A DNA stretch of 64,000 nt from an uncultured Nitrospiraceae bacterium (GCA_963705105.1 CAVPIW010000005.1:32001-96000), one strand, 5' to 3'; shown: positions 1-10,135, numbered from the stretch's first letter. Numbers and translations are program-made. Notes: generated by a model not told the origin, from the sequence alone.

Positions 1-28
1 CTTTCGTTGCTGAGGATTTCGCGCCCAT

Positions 29-565
29 TTATCTAACCTCGAACTGTTTGTTCTTTTCTGCGACTTCGAGTACTTCCTTCCAGCCCTTCCATTCCATGGC
101 CCCAAGGTCGCTCTTGAGGGGATAATCCTTCCTGAGCGGATGCCCTTCCCAGTCATCGGGGAGAAGGATACGCCTGTGGTCGGGATGTCCCTTGAAGGTG
201 ATGCCGAACATGTCAAAGCATTCCCGCTCGTGCCAGTTCGCCCCGGCATAGACGGGCACGACGCTGTCGATGGAACAGTCGTCTTCCGGCACCTCGGCCC
301 GGACCCTCAGAAAGTGCCGGTGTTCGATCGAATACAACTGGTACGCGACCTCGAAACGGGGCTCCTTCTTGCCGAGGTAGTCGACTCCGCAGAGGTCGCG
401 CAGGAGATCGAAAGAAAGGCTCGGCGTATCGTGGAGATACCGCACGATGTCCCTGATCCTCTTCTTGCCGACGATGACGGCGATCTGGCCGTTGTATTCC
501 GCTATTTCCTTCACCTCGGAGGAAAATTGTTTCTGCAGTTGCTCAGCGATTTTTTTCGGATCCAT
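29..565 (-). CDS. nuoC: NADH-quinone oxidoreductase subunit C
   Basis: DLCGVDY, WHERECFDMFG and GHPLRKDYP motifs; ATG at 565 chosen because it lies just past the nuoB stop. Confidence 0.95.
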   Translation of the reverse strand: MDPKKIAEQLQKQFSSEVKEIAEYNGQIAVIVGKKRIRDIVRYLHDTPSLSFDLLRDLCGVDYLGKKEPRFEVAYQLYSIEHRHFLRVRAEVPEDDCSIDSVVPVYAGANWHERECFDMFGITFKGHPDHRRILLPDDWEGHPLRKDYPLKSDLGAMEWKGWKEVLEVAEKNKQFEVR

Positions 566-567
566 AC

Positions 568-1089
568 CTATCTCCACATGCTCCATTTGAAGTGTTCTTT
601 TCTGATCTTTTCCTGGAGCTTCATCATCCCTTCAAGAAATGCCTCGGGTCTGGGAGGGCATCCCGGGATGAAAACATCCACGGGCATTATCAGGTCGACT
701 CCCTGCACGGTGCTGTATGTGTCGAAGATGCCCCCGCTGCATGCACAGCTCCCCATGGCGACGACCCACCTCGGCTCCGGTATCTGGTCGTAGACCCTCC
801 GGACGATGGGGGCCATTTTTTTCGTGAGAGTCCCTGCCAGGACGATCGCGTCGGACTGTCTCGGCGACGCCCTGTAGATGATGCCGAACCTGTCAAGATC
901 ATAGTGTGACGATCCCGTCGTCATCATTTCAATGGCGCATCAAGCGAGGCCGAAGGTCAGCGGCCATAACGACGACAGCCTCCCCCAGTTGACGAGCTTG
1001 TCCACCGCCATGACGAAGACATTGGCGCCGGGGATGACCTTGACTCCCTCCTCGACTTCAACGAGAGCGGTTGTTCCGTCTATGATCAT
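568..1089 (-). CDS. nuoB: NADH-quinone oxidoreductase subunit B with in-frame TGA (940-942), candidate selenoprotein
   Basis: RBS AAGGAGGTG then ATG at 1089; frame reads [14 protein letters not shown] and continues into ORF 568..927 ([17 protein letters not shown]). Confidence 0.92.
907..923 (-). promoter_or_regulatory. Candidate bacterial SECIS hairpin in nuoB mRNA
   Basis: UGACGA-CGGGA-UCGUCA: perfect 6-bp stem with G-rich loop starting 16 nt after the UGA. Confidence 0.6.
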
Positions 1090-1111
1090 CTGCTTTCACC
1101 TCCTTTTAGAG

Positions 1112-1495
1112 CTAATCCCATGTAAATGCTTCCTTTCCCCAGGCATACACATAGCCGATGACGAGTATGAAAATGAAGACCAGCATTTCGACGAGCGCAT
1201 AGAGCCCGATCTTGTCGTAGACGACGGCCCAGGGATAGAGGAAAACGGCTTCAACATCGAATATGACAAAGAGCATGGCTATGATATAGAACTTGATGCT
1301 GAAACGATAGCGCGGTTCCCCGACAGGCTCGTTGCCTGATTCGTAGGGAAGGTTCTTTTCCTTGTAAGGTCTCCTGAGCCTGAAAAGTCTGCCGATCAGG
1401 AGGGCGCCGACGCCGAAGGCAATGGCTATCATCATGAGGACTAAGATAGGAAGATACTCCTGCGGTATGTAACTCCCTGGTGTTATTGGATCCAT
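1112..1495 (-). CDS. nuoA: NADH-quinone oxidoreductase subunit A
   Basis: PYESG, FYIIAMLFVIFDVE motifs, three TM segments; ATG at 1495 after GAGGTG. Confidence 0.95.
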   Translation of the reverse strand: MDPITPGSYIPQEYLPILVLMMIAIAFGVGALLIGRLFRLRRPYKEKNLPYESGNEPVGEPRYRFSIKFYIIAMLFVIFDVEAVFLYPWAVVYDKIGLYALVEMLVFIFILVIGYVYAWGKEAFTWD

Positions 1496-1534
1496 ATGCA
1501 CCTCGGTGGTATGAATTTTCTGCAAAGCGCATAT

Positions 1535-1564
1535 TTTATACTTCAAGCAAGGGGTAATTGTCAA
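1535..1564 (-). promoter_or_regulatory. Putative sigma-70 promoter of the nuo operon
   Basis: TTGACA-N18-TATAAA on the minus strand upstream of nuoA. Confidence 0.5.
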
Positions 1565-1773
1565 GCAAAAAAAGGTTCAGGCAGGAGAATTTCGCCCGCA
1601 AAATAGGCCTTTTTGTGAGATCGGACGGGAATCCATGAAGCGGGATCAGCGGAAACGGTGACCGGTTAAGAACCGGGGCGGCCTGACGCCGCCCGGTCAT
1701 CATCGGGAAGACGGCCTATCTCGCCGTGACGTTCGTCTCTCTGGAGTCACTGGAATTGAGGGCCTTCCGACGG

Positions 1774-3050
1774 CTACGGCACGATATCTATATTTATCGT
1801 CATGTAGTCCAGGTAGATCTCGTCGTAATCGACGATACCGTTGACGTTTGTGTCGACGCCGAAATAGACGACATACGTCCCTGCGGACAGCCCTCCGGCT
1901 ATCTCGAGGACCTTGATCGGGGAACGGTTGAAGAGAGGCCCCTGATAGGCGGGGCGAATTGACTCCAGCGACGGGGTATAGTGCCACATATCGGGATGCA
2001 CGTAATAGAACCAGCCATAGGGCGCATAGGCCACAACCCACCAGTCGGCGTTTCTTCCCGACATCTCTCCCGGATCGAGGCTCACGGTCACAGAGAAGGA
2101 CTCACTCGACCTCAGGGTGATATGCGGATACGAGTTGTTTACCCTTATCGCAGGGGCTGCACGAGAGGGGCCGGACTGAAGGATCGTGCCTTCCTGCCCG
2201 ACGGTAACGAAGGTGTCATTGCCTGAGGCTATTCCGTAAAGGGTCGCCGTCGTCCCAGAGGGCCTCACGGTCCAGGAGGTCCCGTCGGAAGAGGTCGCGG
2301 TCGCCCCCCGCTCTCCCACTGCAATGAAATGTCCATCCTCAAAGATCACCCTTCTGAGGGGGCCAGCAGTTCCCGGATTCACCGACCTCCATTCCAGACC
2401 GTTCCGGGAGGTCAGGACCATGCCGCTCGGGGACGCCGCAACGAACAGCCCGTTGCCATAGGCAATCCCGGTGACCGGCCCGGGGGTGCCAAAGGGCGCC
2501 ACCGTCCACGAGACCCCATCGGAAGAGGTGAGGATTGTGTTTCCGGCTCCGGTAGCGATGAACGTGCCGTTTCCATAGGCGACTGCCTGAAGATTAGCGT
2601 CCGTGCCCGACAGCCTGTTCGCCCAGTTGACGCCGTTACCGGATGTCAGGATCGCCCCCCGCTCTCCCACGGCGACGAAGGCGCCATTGCCATAGGTGAT
2701 GCCGCGCAGAGCGGCGGATGTCCCTGAGAACGCCCCTGCCCAGGAAAGACCGTCCGAAGAGGTGATAATTGAGCCGCCGCTACCGACACTCACAAAAAGG
2801 CCGTTCCCGAATACCACATCGCTGAGATCGGCCTGGATGCTCCCGCTGTTCCTGACGGTCCAGGATAGCCCATCGCTCGATGTGAGGCTCACACCCCCGA
2901 TTCCCAGCGCGGTGAACAGGCCATTGCCGTACGCAACGGATTGAAGGTCATTCGTCGTTCCCGATGCTCTCCTCGTCCAGGTGACGAGGTCGGGGAGAGC
3001 CGATGATTGCCGGGACGGCGTGACAAGGCCGTCCGTATCATGTTCCTCAT
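1774..3050 (-). pseudogene. BNR/WD40-YVTN-like beta-propeller repeat protein with disrupted 5' end
   Basis: Repeated TSxDGxxW / AYGNGxFVAVG units; the repeat frame extends upstream of 2892 with no start codon, and the RBS-preceded ATG near 3050 is in another frame. Confidence 0.6.
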
Positions 3051-3078
3051 TCTCCCGTTGCCTGCCCTACAATCACCT

Positions 3079-3855
3079 ATGGACATCCTGAAAAAGATCA
3101 TCGCCGCAAAGGCCGGCCGTCTGGCCGAGGCAAAGAGGGCAGTCCCGCTCAATGATCTGCGGTCCCGGGTGCGCGATCTGCCTGAACCGCGGAATTTCAG
3201 GAATGCCATTGCGAGGGGATCGGGCAGGATCAGGCTGATCGCGGAGATCAAGAAGGCATCGCCGTCGCGGGGTCTCATCCGCCCTGATTTCGATCTTGCT
3301 TCGATCATCGATGTATACAATGAGAAAGCGCATGCCGTCTCGGTGCTGACGGAGGAGGACTATTTCCAGGGCCGTCTGTCCTACATCAGAGAAGTGAAGG
3401 ACAGGTCCTCCCTGCCCGTTCTCCGGAAAGATTTCATCATCGATGAGTATCAGATCTTCGAATCGAGGGTCCACCACGCCGATGCGATCCTGCTGATCGG
3501 GGCAGCCCTCGAGCCGGCCCAGGCCCGCGACTTCCTTTACCTTGCCGGGGAACTGGGTCTTGCCGTGCTCTTCGAGGTCCATGACGAGCGGGAACTCGAC
3601 GGTGCACTCGGGACCGGCGCCGGCATCATCGGTATCAACAACAGAAATCTCAGGACCCTCGACATAGACCTGGCGACGACCTTCAGGCTCAGGCCGCAGG
3701 TCCCGTCAGGCAAGGTCGTCGTGAGCGAGAGCGGCATCAAGTCGAGAGAGGATGTGCGTTCTCTTGAAGAGGCCGGTGTCGACGCGATGCTCGTCGGCAC
3801 GTCCCTCATGTCGTCGGCAGACATTGGAAAGGCGATTGATGAGCTTATGGGCTGA
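3079..3855 (+). CDS. trpC: Indole-3-glycerol phosphate synthase
   Basis: IAEIKKASPS, LRKDFI, IGINNRNL, VSESGI motifs. Confidence 0.96.
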   Translation: MDILKKIIAAKAGRLAEAKRAVPLNDLRSRVRDLPEPRNFRNAIARGSGRIRLIAEIKKASPSRGLIRPDFDLASIIDVYNEKAHAVSVLTEEDYFQGRLSYIREVKDRSSLPVLRKDFIIDEYQIFESRVHHADAILLIGAALEPAQARDFLYLAGELGLAVLFEVHDERELDGALGTGAGIIGINNRNLRTLDIDLATTFRLRPQVPSGKVVVSESGIKSREDVRSLEEAGVDAMLVGTSLMSSADIGKAIDELMG

Positions 3856-3963
3856 GTTAAATATTGAAACAAACCGTTTAGTTGCGCGGAAAGGCGGTGC
3901 ATACACCCAGCCTTGCCGGAGAGTTGTGCAATGACATTGAAACCATTTGCAGGGAGGTGACCG

Positions 3964-4380
3964 ATGATCAGGGTGATGTTTCTCTGCACCGCCAATTCCT
4001 GCAGGAGCCAGATGGCCGAGGGTCTGGCGCGGGAACTCGGCAGGGGAAAGATAGAGGCTTACAGCGCCGGGCTCATGCCCGTTGACGTGCAGCCCCGGGC
4101 GATTTCCGTCATGAAGGAGATCGGCATCGACATCTCGATGCAGCGCCCGAAAGTGATCGATGACAGGACGCTCGGCACAATGGACCTGGTCATCACCCTT
4201 TGCGACCTGGCGGACCATTACTGCCCCGTCACCCCGGCGGGCGTCCGGCGTCTGCACTGGCCCATACGGGACCCTGTCGGGACGAGGGGGCCGGAAGAAA
4301 AGGTGATGGCGGATTTCAGGAGGGCCAGGGATGAGATCCGCGAAAAGATCGTCGCCCTGATTGAGTCATTAAGTCATTAA
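3964..4380 (+). CDS. arsC: Thioredoxin-dependent arsenate reductase (LMW-PTP fold)
   Basis: FLCTANSCRSQMAEG P-loop, TLC...CP, HW..DP. Confidence 0.88.
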   Translation: MIRVMFLCTANSCRSQMAEGLARELGRGKIEAYSAGLMPVDVQPRAISVMKEIGIDISMQRPKVIDDRTLGTMDLVITLCDLADHYCPVTPAGVRRLHWPIRDPVGTRGPEEKVMADFRRARDEIREKIVALIESLSH

Positions 4381-4390
4381 GCAAATTACT

Positions 4391-4756
4391 TTACTCTTCG
4401 TCGCGGCTGCCGGCAAGGCGCGTGACGTATTCCTCCCACTCGAAGGGGAGCATGTGTTTCTTCCTGTTATTGCATTCCTTGCAGGCTGCGACGAGGTTGG
4501 CCTTCAATGACCTCCCGCCCCTGGTGAGCGGGATGAGATGATCCATGGTGAGTTCCCCGGGATTGACGACAGCCCCGCAGTAATAACATCTGCCGCTGCC
4601 GCACTTCCTCTTCCACCATGCGCTGCTGCGCAGTCTCCGTGCGGCCGCCCGTTCCTTCCGGACCTCTTCGTCGGGCAGGCCGGTGTGGAAGGGCTCTATT
4701 TTCTTCCCCTCCGCACTTCTTCTTCCTCGAAGTATTTCCTGTACATCACGTCCCAC
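4391..4756 (-). CDS. HNH endonuclease family protein (start uncertain)
   Basis: CYYC...TMDHLIPLTRGG...NLVAACKECN. Confidence 0.85.
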   Translation of the reverse strand: MGRDVQEILRGRRSAEGKKIEPFHTGLPDEEVRKERAAARRLRSSAWWKRKCGSGRCYYCGAVVNPGELTMDHLIPLTRGGRSLKANLVAACKECNNRKKHMLPFEWEEYVTRLAGSRDEE

Positions 4757-4974
4757 TCCTGGCTGCCCTCGACAGGCCTTTTCGAGAGCGACTGCAGCTT
4801 TTTCTTCACCGCCAGGTCCATGTCCTCGCCGATTTTGAGCTCGTTCAGGATCGTGCGTTTGATCTCTCTCCTCAGTATGCTGTCATCGGCTTTGAGCCTG
4901 ATCGCGCCCCTTTCGATGAGCCCGTTCAGGAGGACATGGGTAAGGTGGGTGATCTTGTCGTCCGAGAGCATCAC
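4696..4974 (-). CDS. DUF507-family protein
   Basis: Second of a tandem pair; ..EGSQEWDVMYRKYFEEE C-terminus. Confidence 0.75.
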   Translation of the reverse strand: MMLSDDKITHLTHVLLNGLIERGAIRLKADDSILRREIKRTILNELKIGEDMDLAVKKKLQSLSKRPVEGSQEWDVMYRKYFEEEEVRRGRK

Positions 4975-5252
4975 AGGATGACGTTTCTCTCCCTTACCAT
5001 CTTCTGTTTCGTCATATCGAAGAGCTTCCGGTAGTCGAGGCGGCCTTTCTCTATCTCGGACTCGTACTTCCTGAGCAGCTGGTGGACCTCGTCATTCAGG
5101 CGGTCCTCGACGAGCAGCTCATCCAAAATAAGCCTTTCCACCTCTTCGAGCAGTTCCGGGACCGGGATTGCCGGTTCTATGAGGTCCCTCGCGACGAGAT
5201 GATCGACGATCTTCTTCGCCAGGATGGGAACCCAGCTCTTCGGGACGCGCAT
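4971..5252 (-). CDS. DUF507-family protein
   Basis: EDRLNDEV..LL...DYRKLF..K pattern; coupled to neighbour. Confidence 0.78.
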   Translation of the reverse strand: MRVPKSWVPILAKKIVDHLVARDLIEPAIPVPELLEEVERLILDELLVEDRLNDEVHQLLRKYESEIEKGRLDYRKLFDMTKQKMVRERNVIL

Positions 5253-5253
5253 G

Positions 5254-5478
5254 CTATCTTTCCATGAAGGGGAGAAGAGCGATCGTCCTGGCCCTCTTGA
5301 TCGCGACGGTCAGCTCTCTCTGGTGGAGCGAGCAGGTCCCCATCATTTTTCTCGAGAGGATCTTCCCGCGCTCCGTCATATAATTCCTGAGGGTCTTGAG
5401 GTCCTTGTAGTCGATAAAGAGTACTTTATCCGCGCAGAACCTGCAGAATTTCCTCCGCTGAAATCTCTTTTGCTGCAT
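5254..5478 (-). CDS. rpsR: 30S ribosomal protein S18
   Basis: CRFC, IDYKD, ERGKI, AIKRAR motifs. Confidence 0.97.
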   Translation of the reverse strand: MQQKRFQRRKFCRFCADKVLFIDYKDLKTLRNYMTERGKILSRKMMGTCSLHQRELTVAIKRARTIALLPFMER

Positions 5479-5527
5479 TTTTTCTCCTTTCACGTTCTAT
5501 CTTGTTGTTCCGTCTCCCGTCCGGACA

Positions 5528-5926
5528 TCAGAACGGCTCGAGATCCGTTGTTTCTTCCGGCGGCGGCATGTCCGATGATTCCTCGTCGCCGCGGAGAGGC
5601 CGCTGCTCCCGGCGGGGCAGGAACCGGACCGTATTCGCGAGGACCTCAAACTTGCTCTTCTGAACACCCTCGGTCTCCCATTTCCTCTCGCGGAGCCTTC
5701 CCTCGACGAGAACGGGATTGCCTTTGTTCAGGTACTGTCCGCACACCTCAGCCTGTTTTCCGAAAGTCACCACATCGATGAAGAGCGTCTCTTCCTTCTG
5801 CTCATCGGCCTGTCTGAACTTCGATGACACGGCAATCCTGATCGTGGCGACGGCCGTGCCGGCGGCGGTGTAGCGGACGTCGGGGTCCTTTGTGAGATTG
5901 CCGATCAGGATGACACGGTTGAACAT
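5528..5926 (-). CDS. ssb: Single-stranded DNA-binding protein
   Basis: NRVILIGNLTKDP, VEGRL, acidic tail ending PF. Confidence 0.97.
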   Translation of the reverse strand: MFNRVILIGNLTKDPDVRYTAAGTAVATIRIAVSSKFRQADEQKEETLFIDVVTFGKQAEVCGQYLNKGNPVLVEGRLRERKWETEGVQKSKFEVLANTVRFLPRREQRPLRGDEESSDMPPPEETTDLEPF

Positions 5927-6303
5927 TACGCCTCGATGGCAGGCTCGGCAGGCGCTGACAGTTCCTGCGGTGTCACGGGAATGCCGAGGATGTCCTTAGG
6001 GAGGGCGGCAATCTGGTCTTTCCCGAGCCTGATGATTATGAACTTCATGATGAGGTCCATAAGCTTGTAGTTTTCCTCGAGTTTCCTGACCGTCGAATTG
6101 GGCGCTTTGAAGAGGAAAAGCACGTAGATGCCCACTCTCTGTTTCTGGAGCTCATAGGCGAGCCTCCTCTTGCCCCAGATATCGACCTTGAGGAGTTCCC
6201 CGCCGGCGTTCCTGATGTGAGCCGATATCTTTTCTATACCGGCCTTGATCTCGTCGTCGCTTAACGACGCACTGAAAATCACGAAGTTTTCGTATATATT
6301 CAT
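5926..6303 (-). CDS. rpsF: 30S ribosomal protein S6
   Basis: YE, WGKRRLAY motifs; rpsF-ssb-rpsR synteny. Confidence 0.95.
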   Translation of the reverse strand: MNIYENFVIFSASLSDDEIKAGIEKISAHIRNAGGELLKVDIWGKRRLAYELQKQRVGIYVLFLFKAPNSTVRKLEENYKLMDLIMKFIIIRLGKDQIAALPKDILGIPVTPQELSAPAEPAIEA

Positions 6304-6382
6304 GCAGTCCTCCATATGGATATAAAGCCCTTCATGAAAAGGGCATGGAGCTTTTATATATATCACAGAATGGCTTGATTTA

Positions 6383-7774
6383 TCAAATAAGCTTGTACGC
6401 CCTCAGCTTCTTGCTCAGCGTGTTCCTGTTGACGCCCAGGATCTTCGCCGTTTTGCACTGGTTTCCACCCGCCTCCTTCAGCACGATGCTGAAAAGGGCC
6501 TTTTCGACCTCCCCGATGATCGTATCGTACAGGTCCGAGTGATCGATCCTCGTCATCTTGCCGAGAAAACCGTTCAGCTTCGTTTCGAAGAATTCCTTTA
6601 TGGAGCACTGTGCATAGTCGTCGGCAAATATGTCCTTCCGTTCGATCAGACTCCCCTTCGAGAGGATGCACGCCCTTTTGACGGTGTTCTCGAGCTCCCT
6701 CACGTTTCCCGGCCAATCGTATTCCGTGAGGGCCTTTTCTGCGTCCTTCGAGAATTCCTTGGGAACAATTTCGAAGACCCTCAGCGATTCCCTGAGAAAA
6801 TGGTGCGCCAGCGGAAGAATATCCTCCCGCCTATCCCTGAGGGGGGGAAGGTGTATCTCGATGACGTTGAAACGGTAGTAGAGGTCTTCCCGGAACTGCC
6901 CGCTCCGGATGCACTCCCTGAGGTCCCGGTTCGTCGCTCCGATGATCCGCACATTGGCCGTGATGAACCGGCTGCTGCCGAGGGGGCTGTACTCCCTGTC
7001 CTGGAGGAAGCGGAGCAGTTTCGCCTGCAGATTGATGTCGAGCTCGGAGATTTCGTCGAGGAAAAGGGTGCCGCCGTCAGCGGCCTGTATCTTCCCGGTC
7101 GTCTTGTCCGCGGCGCCGGTGAAGGCGCCCTTTTCCCACCCGAAGAGCTCGGCCTCCAGAAGCTCCCGGGGTATGGACGCTGAATTGATGGCGACGAAGG
7201 GCGCCGACTTTCTCCTGCTGTTGTTGTGAATCGCCCGTGCAATAAGCTCTTTGCCCGTCCCGCTCTCACCGGAAATGAGGACCGTTACATCCTTCGGCGC
7301 CACCTTTCCGGTCTCCTTGAATATTCTCAGCATGCTTTTGCTCTTTGCGACGATCTGGAAAGGCCTGGCCTCCTCCTTCCCCTGCCTCAGGCTGCGGAGT
7401 TCCTCTCTCAGGGAGATGTCACCAAAGGCTTTCTCGACGACGATCTTCAGCTCCTCGATGTCGAATGGTTTCTCAAGATAATCATAGGCGCCTTCCTTCA
7501 TCGCGTCGATGGCGCTCTCCATGCGGCCGTGGGCGGTGATGATGATGACGAGGGCATCGGGATTCAGGCTGCGTATCTCCTTGAGTGCCTCGATCCCGTT
7601 GCCGTCGGGAAGGATAAGGTCGAGCAGGATCAGCTTGACCTGGTGAACGGACCTGAGGGCCGGTTGGATGGAGTTTCTCGCCTCAACGGCATAGCCGAGG
7701 GGCTCAAGTGTCTTCCTGACAACCCAGAGGACGCTCTCGTCATCGTCTATGACAAGGATCTTCCTTTTCTCCAT
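6383..7774 (-). CDS. Sigma-54-dependent response regulator (NtrC family)
   Basis: REC domain, GESGTGKE, GAFTGA, Fis-type HTH. Confidence 0.95.
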   Translation of the reverse strand: MEKRKILVIDDDESVLWVVRKTLEPLGYAVEARNSIQPALRSVHQVKLILLDLILPDGNGIEALKEIRSLNPDALVIIITAHGRMESAIDAMKEGAYDYLEKPFDIEELKIVVEKAFGDISLREELRSLRQGKEEARPFQIVAKSKSMLRIFKETGKVAPKDVTVLISGESGTGKELIARAIHNNSRRKSAPFVAINSASIPRELLEAELFGWEKGAFTGAADKTTGKIQAADGGTLFLDEISELDINLQAKLLRFLQDREYSPLGSSRFITANVRIIGATNRDLRECIRSGQFREDLYYRFNVIEIHLPPLRDRREDILPLAHHFLRESLRVFEIVPKEFSKDAEKALTEYDWPGNVRELENTVKRACILSKGSLIERKDIFADDYAQCSIKEFFETKLNGFLGKMTRIDHSDLYDTIIGEVEKALFSIVLKEAGGNQCKTAKILGVNRNTLSKKLRAYKLI

Positions 7775-7826
7775 TTCCTCTTCCGGTGCCGGGATTATAC
7801 AGCATATCCGTCGAGAAGATCACCTC

Positions 7827-8012
7827 ATGCAATCGGACCTCCGGAAAGGCGGGGCGTATGCGCCGACAAGCCTCGGTGCTGCGAAACATTTGCCTTCCCA
7901 TAAAGACGCTATCAGGCTGACGGCTGAAAAGAGGTGAACCTTTTGCTGACACTCACACTGACACTGACACTGTTCTTCAGAGCGCGTCGCCCCGCCTTTC
8001 GGTGAAACTGGA
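7827..8012. repeat. Dispersed inverted-repeat element (family A)
   Basis: Arms GGAAAGGCGGGGCG ... CGCCCCGCCTTTC; closely similar inverted copy at 42224-42412. Confidence 0.85.
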
Positions 8013-8016
8013 AGGA

Positions 8017-9093
8017 TCACTTCTGAAGGGGGAGGCAGACGCTGAACGTCGCACCCATGCCCCTTTCGCTCTTCACCCGTATCAGCCCCCCGTGGTCTTT
8101 CACGATTTTCTTGGAAAGCGCCAGGCCGAGTCCGCTGCCGCCGGCCTTCATGGTGTAAAAGGGCAGAAAGACCCTTTTCATCTCATCCCGTGGAATGCCT
8201 TTTCCGGAGTCCTGGACTGTAACGACGACCCATCGTTGCTTCTTCCCTTTCGGCGGCTTCCGGTCGGCTTCAGTGCCTTCATAGATGACCATATACTCAT
8301 TAGAAAGCCTCGTCGATACGGACACTTCCTTCTTCCTGGCGCCCTCGACCGCCTCAAGGGCGTTCTTCAGGAGGTTGATGAACACCTGCAGAAGCTTGCT
8401 CTCGTCACCGCGGATATTGGGGAGACTGGGATCATATGACTTCGTAATGCGAACGGTCTTCCCCTTCAGCGGGAATTCCGTCACTTTCAGTGCATGCTCT
8501 ATGACCTCGTGGATGTTGACGTCATGGAAAACAGGACGCCGCGTCATGGTCAGATAACTGTTGAGAACGGCATTGAGCCGGTCCGTCTCCCTGAGCAGGA
8601 GGTCGACGCATTCCTGCGCCTCGGCGTCCCGGGCGCTGCGCCCGAGGATCTGGGCCGCACCCCTGATGCCGCTGAGGGGGTTCTTGATCTCATGGGCGAT
8701 GGATCCGATAAGGTAGAGCAGGGAATCGAACTGGAGGTCCTCCCTGTCCGTGAGGGCCAGGTTTTCGCGAAGGCAGAGAATGGCGCCGTCGAGGCTGTTG
8801 TCTGCATAGTGCGGACAGGCATGGAGGTCCACACTCAGGATACCGGCTACATCCGTCTCGAGCTCCTTGTCACGCCAGTTGAACGACCGCCCCTCGGCGA
8901 GGGTCTTTCCGATGAGAAGAGAGATGTCACGGGAGCCACCGAAGATCTCGCTGCAGTGTTTGTCCCCGATCTCCCTGAAGCTCCGCCCCAGCAGCTCCTC
9001 GGCCGCCTTGTTCATGAAAAGGAGTCTCTCCCGCCTGTCAAAGAGGAGTATCGCTTCATCGAGATTGCCGATGATGGAATCCGACAGCATCAT
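8017..9093 (-). CDS. PAS sensor histidine kinase (NtrB-like)
   Basis: AHEIKNPL H-box, NLLKNA, DSGKG, GSGLGL. Confidence 0.93.
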   Translation of the reverse strand: MMLSDSIIGNLDEAILLFDRRERLLFMNKAAEELLGRSFREIGDKHCSEIFGGSRDISLLIGKTLAEGRSFNWRDKELETDVAGILSVDLHACPHYADNSLDGAILCLRENLALTDREDLQFDSLLYLIGSIAHEIKNPLSGIRGAAQILGRSARDAEAQECVDLLLRETDRLNAVLNSYLTMTRRPVFHDVNIHEVIEHALKVTEFPLKGKTVRITKSYDPSLPNIRGDESKLLQVFINLLKNALEAVEGARKKEVSVSTRLSNEYMVIYEGTEADRKPPKGKKQRWVVVTVQDSGKGIPRDEMKRVFLPFYTMKAGGSGLGLALSKKIVKDHGGLIRVKSERGMGATFSVCLPLQK

Positions 9094-9110
9094 GACCCTG
9101 TGCGCCGCTA

Positions 9111-9815
9111 TCAGCGCTGCATATAGAGAGCGTGCGCCGCAATGTATCGTATAACCTTGTCGGGCACGAGATACCGGACGCTCCTTCCTTCCCGGAGGAG
9201 GGCCCGGATCGCCGTCGATGAGATGTCCAGCGGTGTCACAGCGACGGGGTGGACCTTTTTGCCGCTCCTGAACCGGAGGTCCCGCAGCAGCCCCGGTCCG
9301 GCCTGTCCGGGCAGACCTCCCTGAGCGGGCCCCGCCGCTTCTTCAGGGACACCTTCACCGGTCTGAGCCGGCGTTTGATCGATATAGGAAGAGTGATACA
9401 TGTCCCCGAGGCGGAATCCCGGCCGCGTCACGACAATGAAGTCCGCAAGGCCGGTGAGCCGCTCCGGCATCCACCAGTTGGGCAAATCAAGAAAGGCATC
9501 GAGGCCGACGATGAAAAAGGTGTCCCCGTCAGGATACTGTTCCCTGAATGTCTCGAGCGTGGAGACGGTGAAGGACTTTTCAGGCCGCTGCAGCTCCAGG
9601 TCGGACACGGCGAAAGCGTCGTTCCCCGCTGTCGCCAGTTCCGTCATGGCATAACGGTGAGATGGTCCGATCACGTCCTCGTGCTTGAGGGGAGGGGTGC
9701 CGGACGGCATGAATATGACGCGGTCAAGGTTCATGAGCTCCCTGACCTCTTCGGCAGCCCTCAAATGACCATGGTGAATGGGATTGAAGGTCCCCCCGAA
9801 AACGCCGAGTCGCAA
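9111..9815 (-). CDS. nadD: Nicotinate-nucleotide adenylyltransferase
   Basis: GGTFNPIHHGH, ISSTAIR motifs. Confidence 0.96.
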   Translation of the reverse strand: MRLGVFGGTFNPIHHGHLRAAEEVRELMNLDRVIFMPSGTPPLKHEDVIGPSHRYAMTELATAGNDAFAVSDLELQRPEKSFTVSTLETFREQYPDGDTFFIVGLDAFLDLPNWWMPERLTGLADFIVVTRPGFRLGDMYHSSYIDQTPAQTGEGVPEEAAGPAQGGLPGQAGPGLLRDLRFRSGKKVHPVAVTPLDISSTAIRALLREGRSVRYLVPDKVIRYIAAHALYMQR

Positions 9816-9823
9816 AAGAAGCC

Positions 9824-10102
9824 CTAAAGCCCCATCTTTTTGAGTGCTTCGTCAGCCTGGCTCTTGACTGTGGGGGCATCCTCAATCAGGTAAAGCATGA
9901 CTCCTCCCCGCACCGGGCGGATGACGATTTTCCCCTCCTGGGAAAGCTGTGTCGTGATCTTGACGGGATCTTCGCCCTCGAAATACCGCTTGAACGCTTC
10001 GTTGAACCCCGAGTACACGGTATGAATGCCCTTGTAGCCTTCTTTCCTCAGGCTCACGATCGCCTTCTTCACGAACTCCTCATAACTCAGTTTTTCGGAC
10101 AT
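9824..10102 (-). CDS. Conserved hypothetical protein
   Basis: Clean ORF with RBS GGAGA, within the proA-nadD run. Confidence 0.8.
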   Translation of the reverse strand: MSEKLSYEEFVKKAIVSLRKEGYKGIHTVYSGFNEAFKRYFEGEDPVKITTQLSQEGKIVIRPVRGGVMLYLIEDAPTVKSQADEALKKMGL

Positions 10103-10135
10103 ATCTCATCTCCCTGCGTGTGATATTGGTTTTTG

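Noticed and set aside
568..927. nuoB as a short gene starting at 927, or as a simple pseudogene
   Set aside because: It would lack the conserved N-terminal motif; the upstream frame is intact and the only lesion is TGA at a Cys position
7945..7972. CTGACA/CAGTGT tandem units as a CRISPR array
   Set aside because: 6-bp microrepeat inside a dispersed element; no spacers or cas genes
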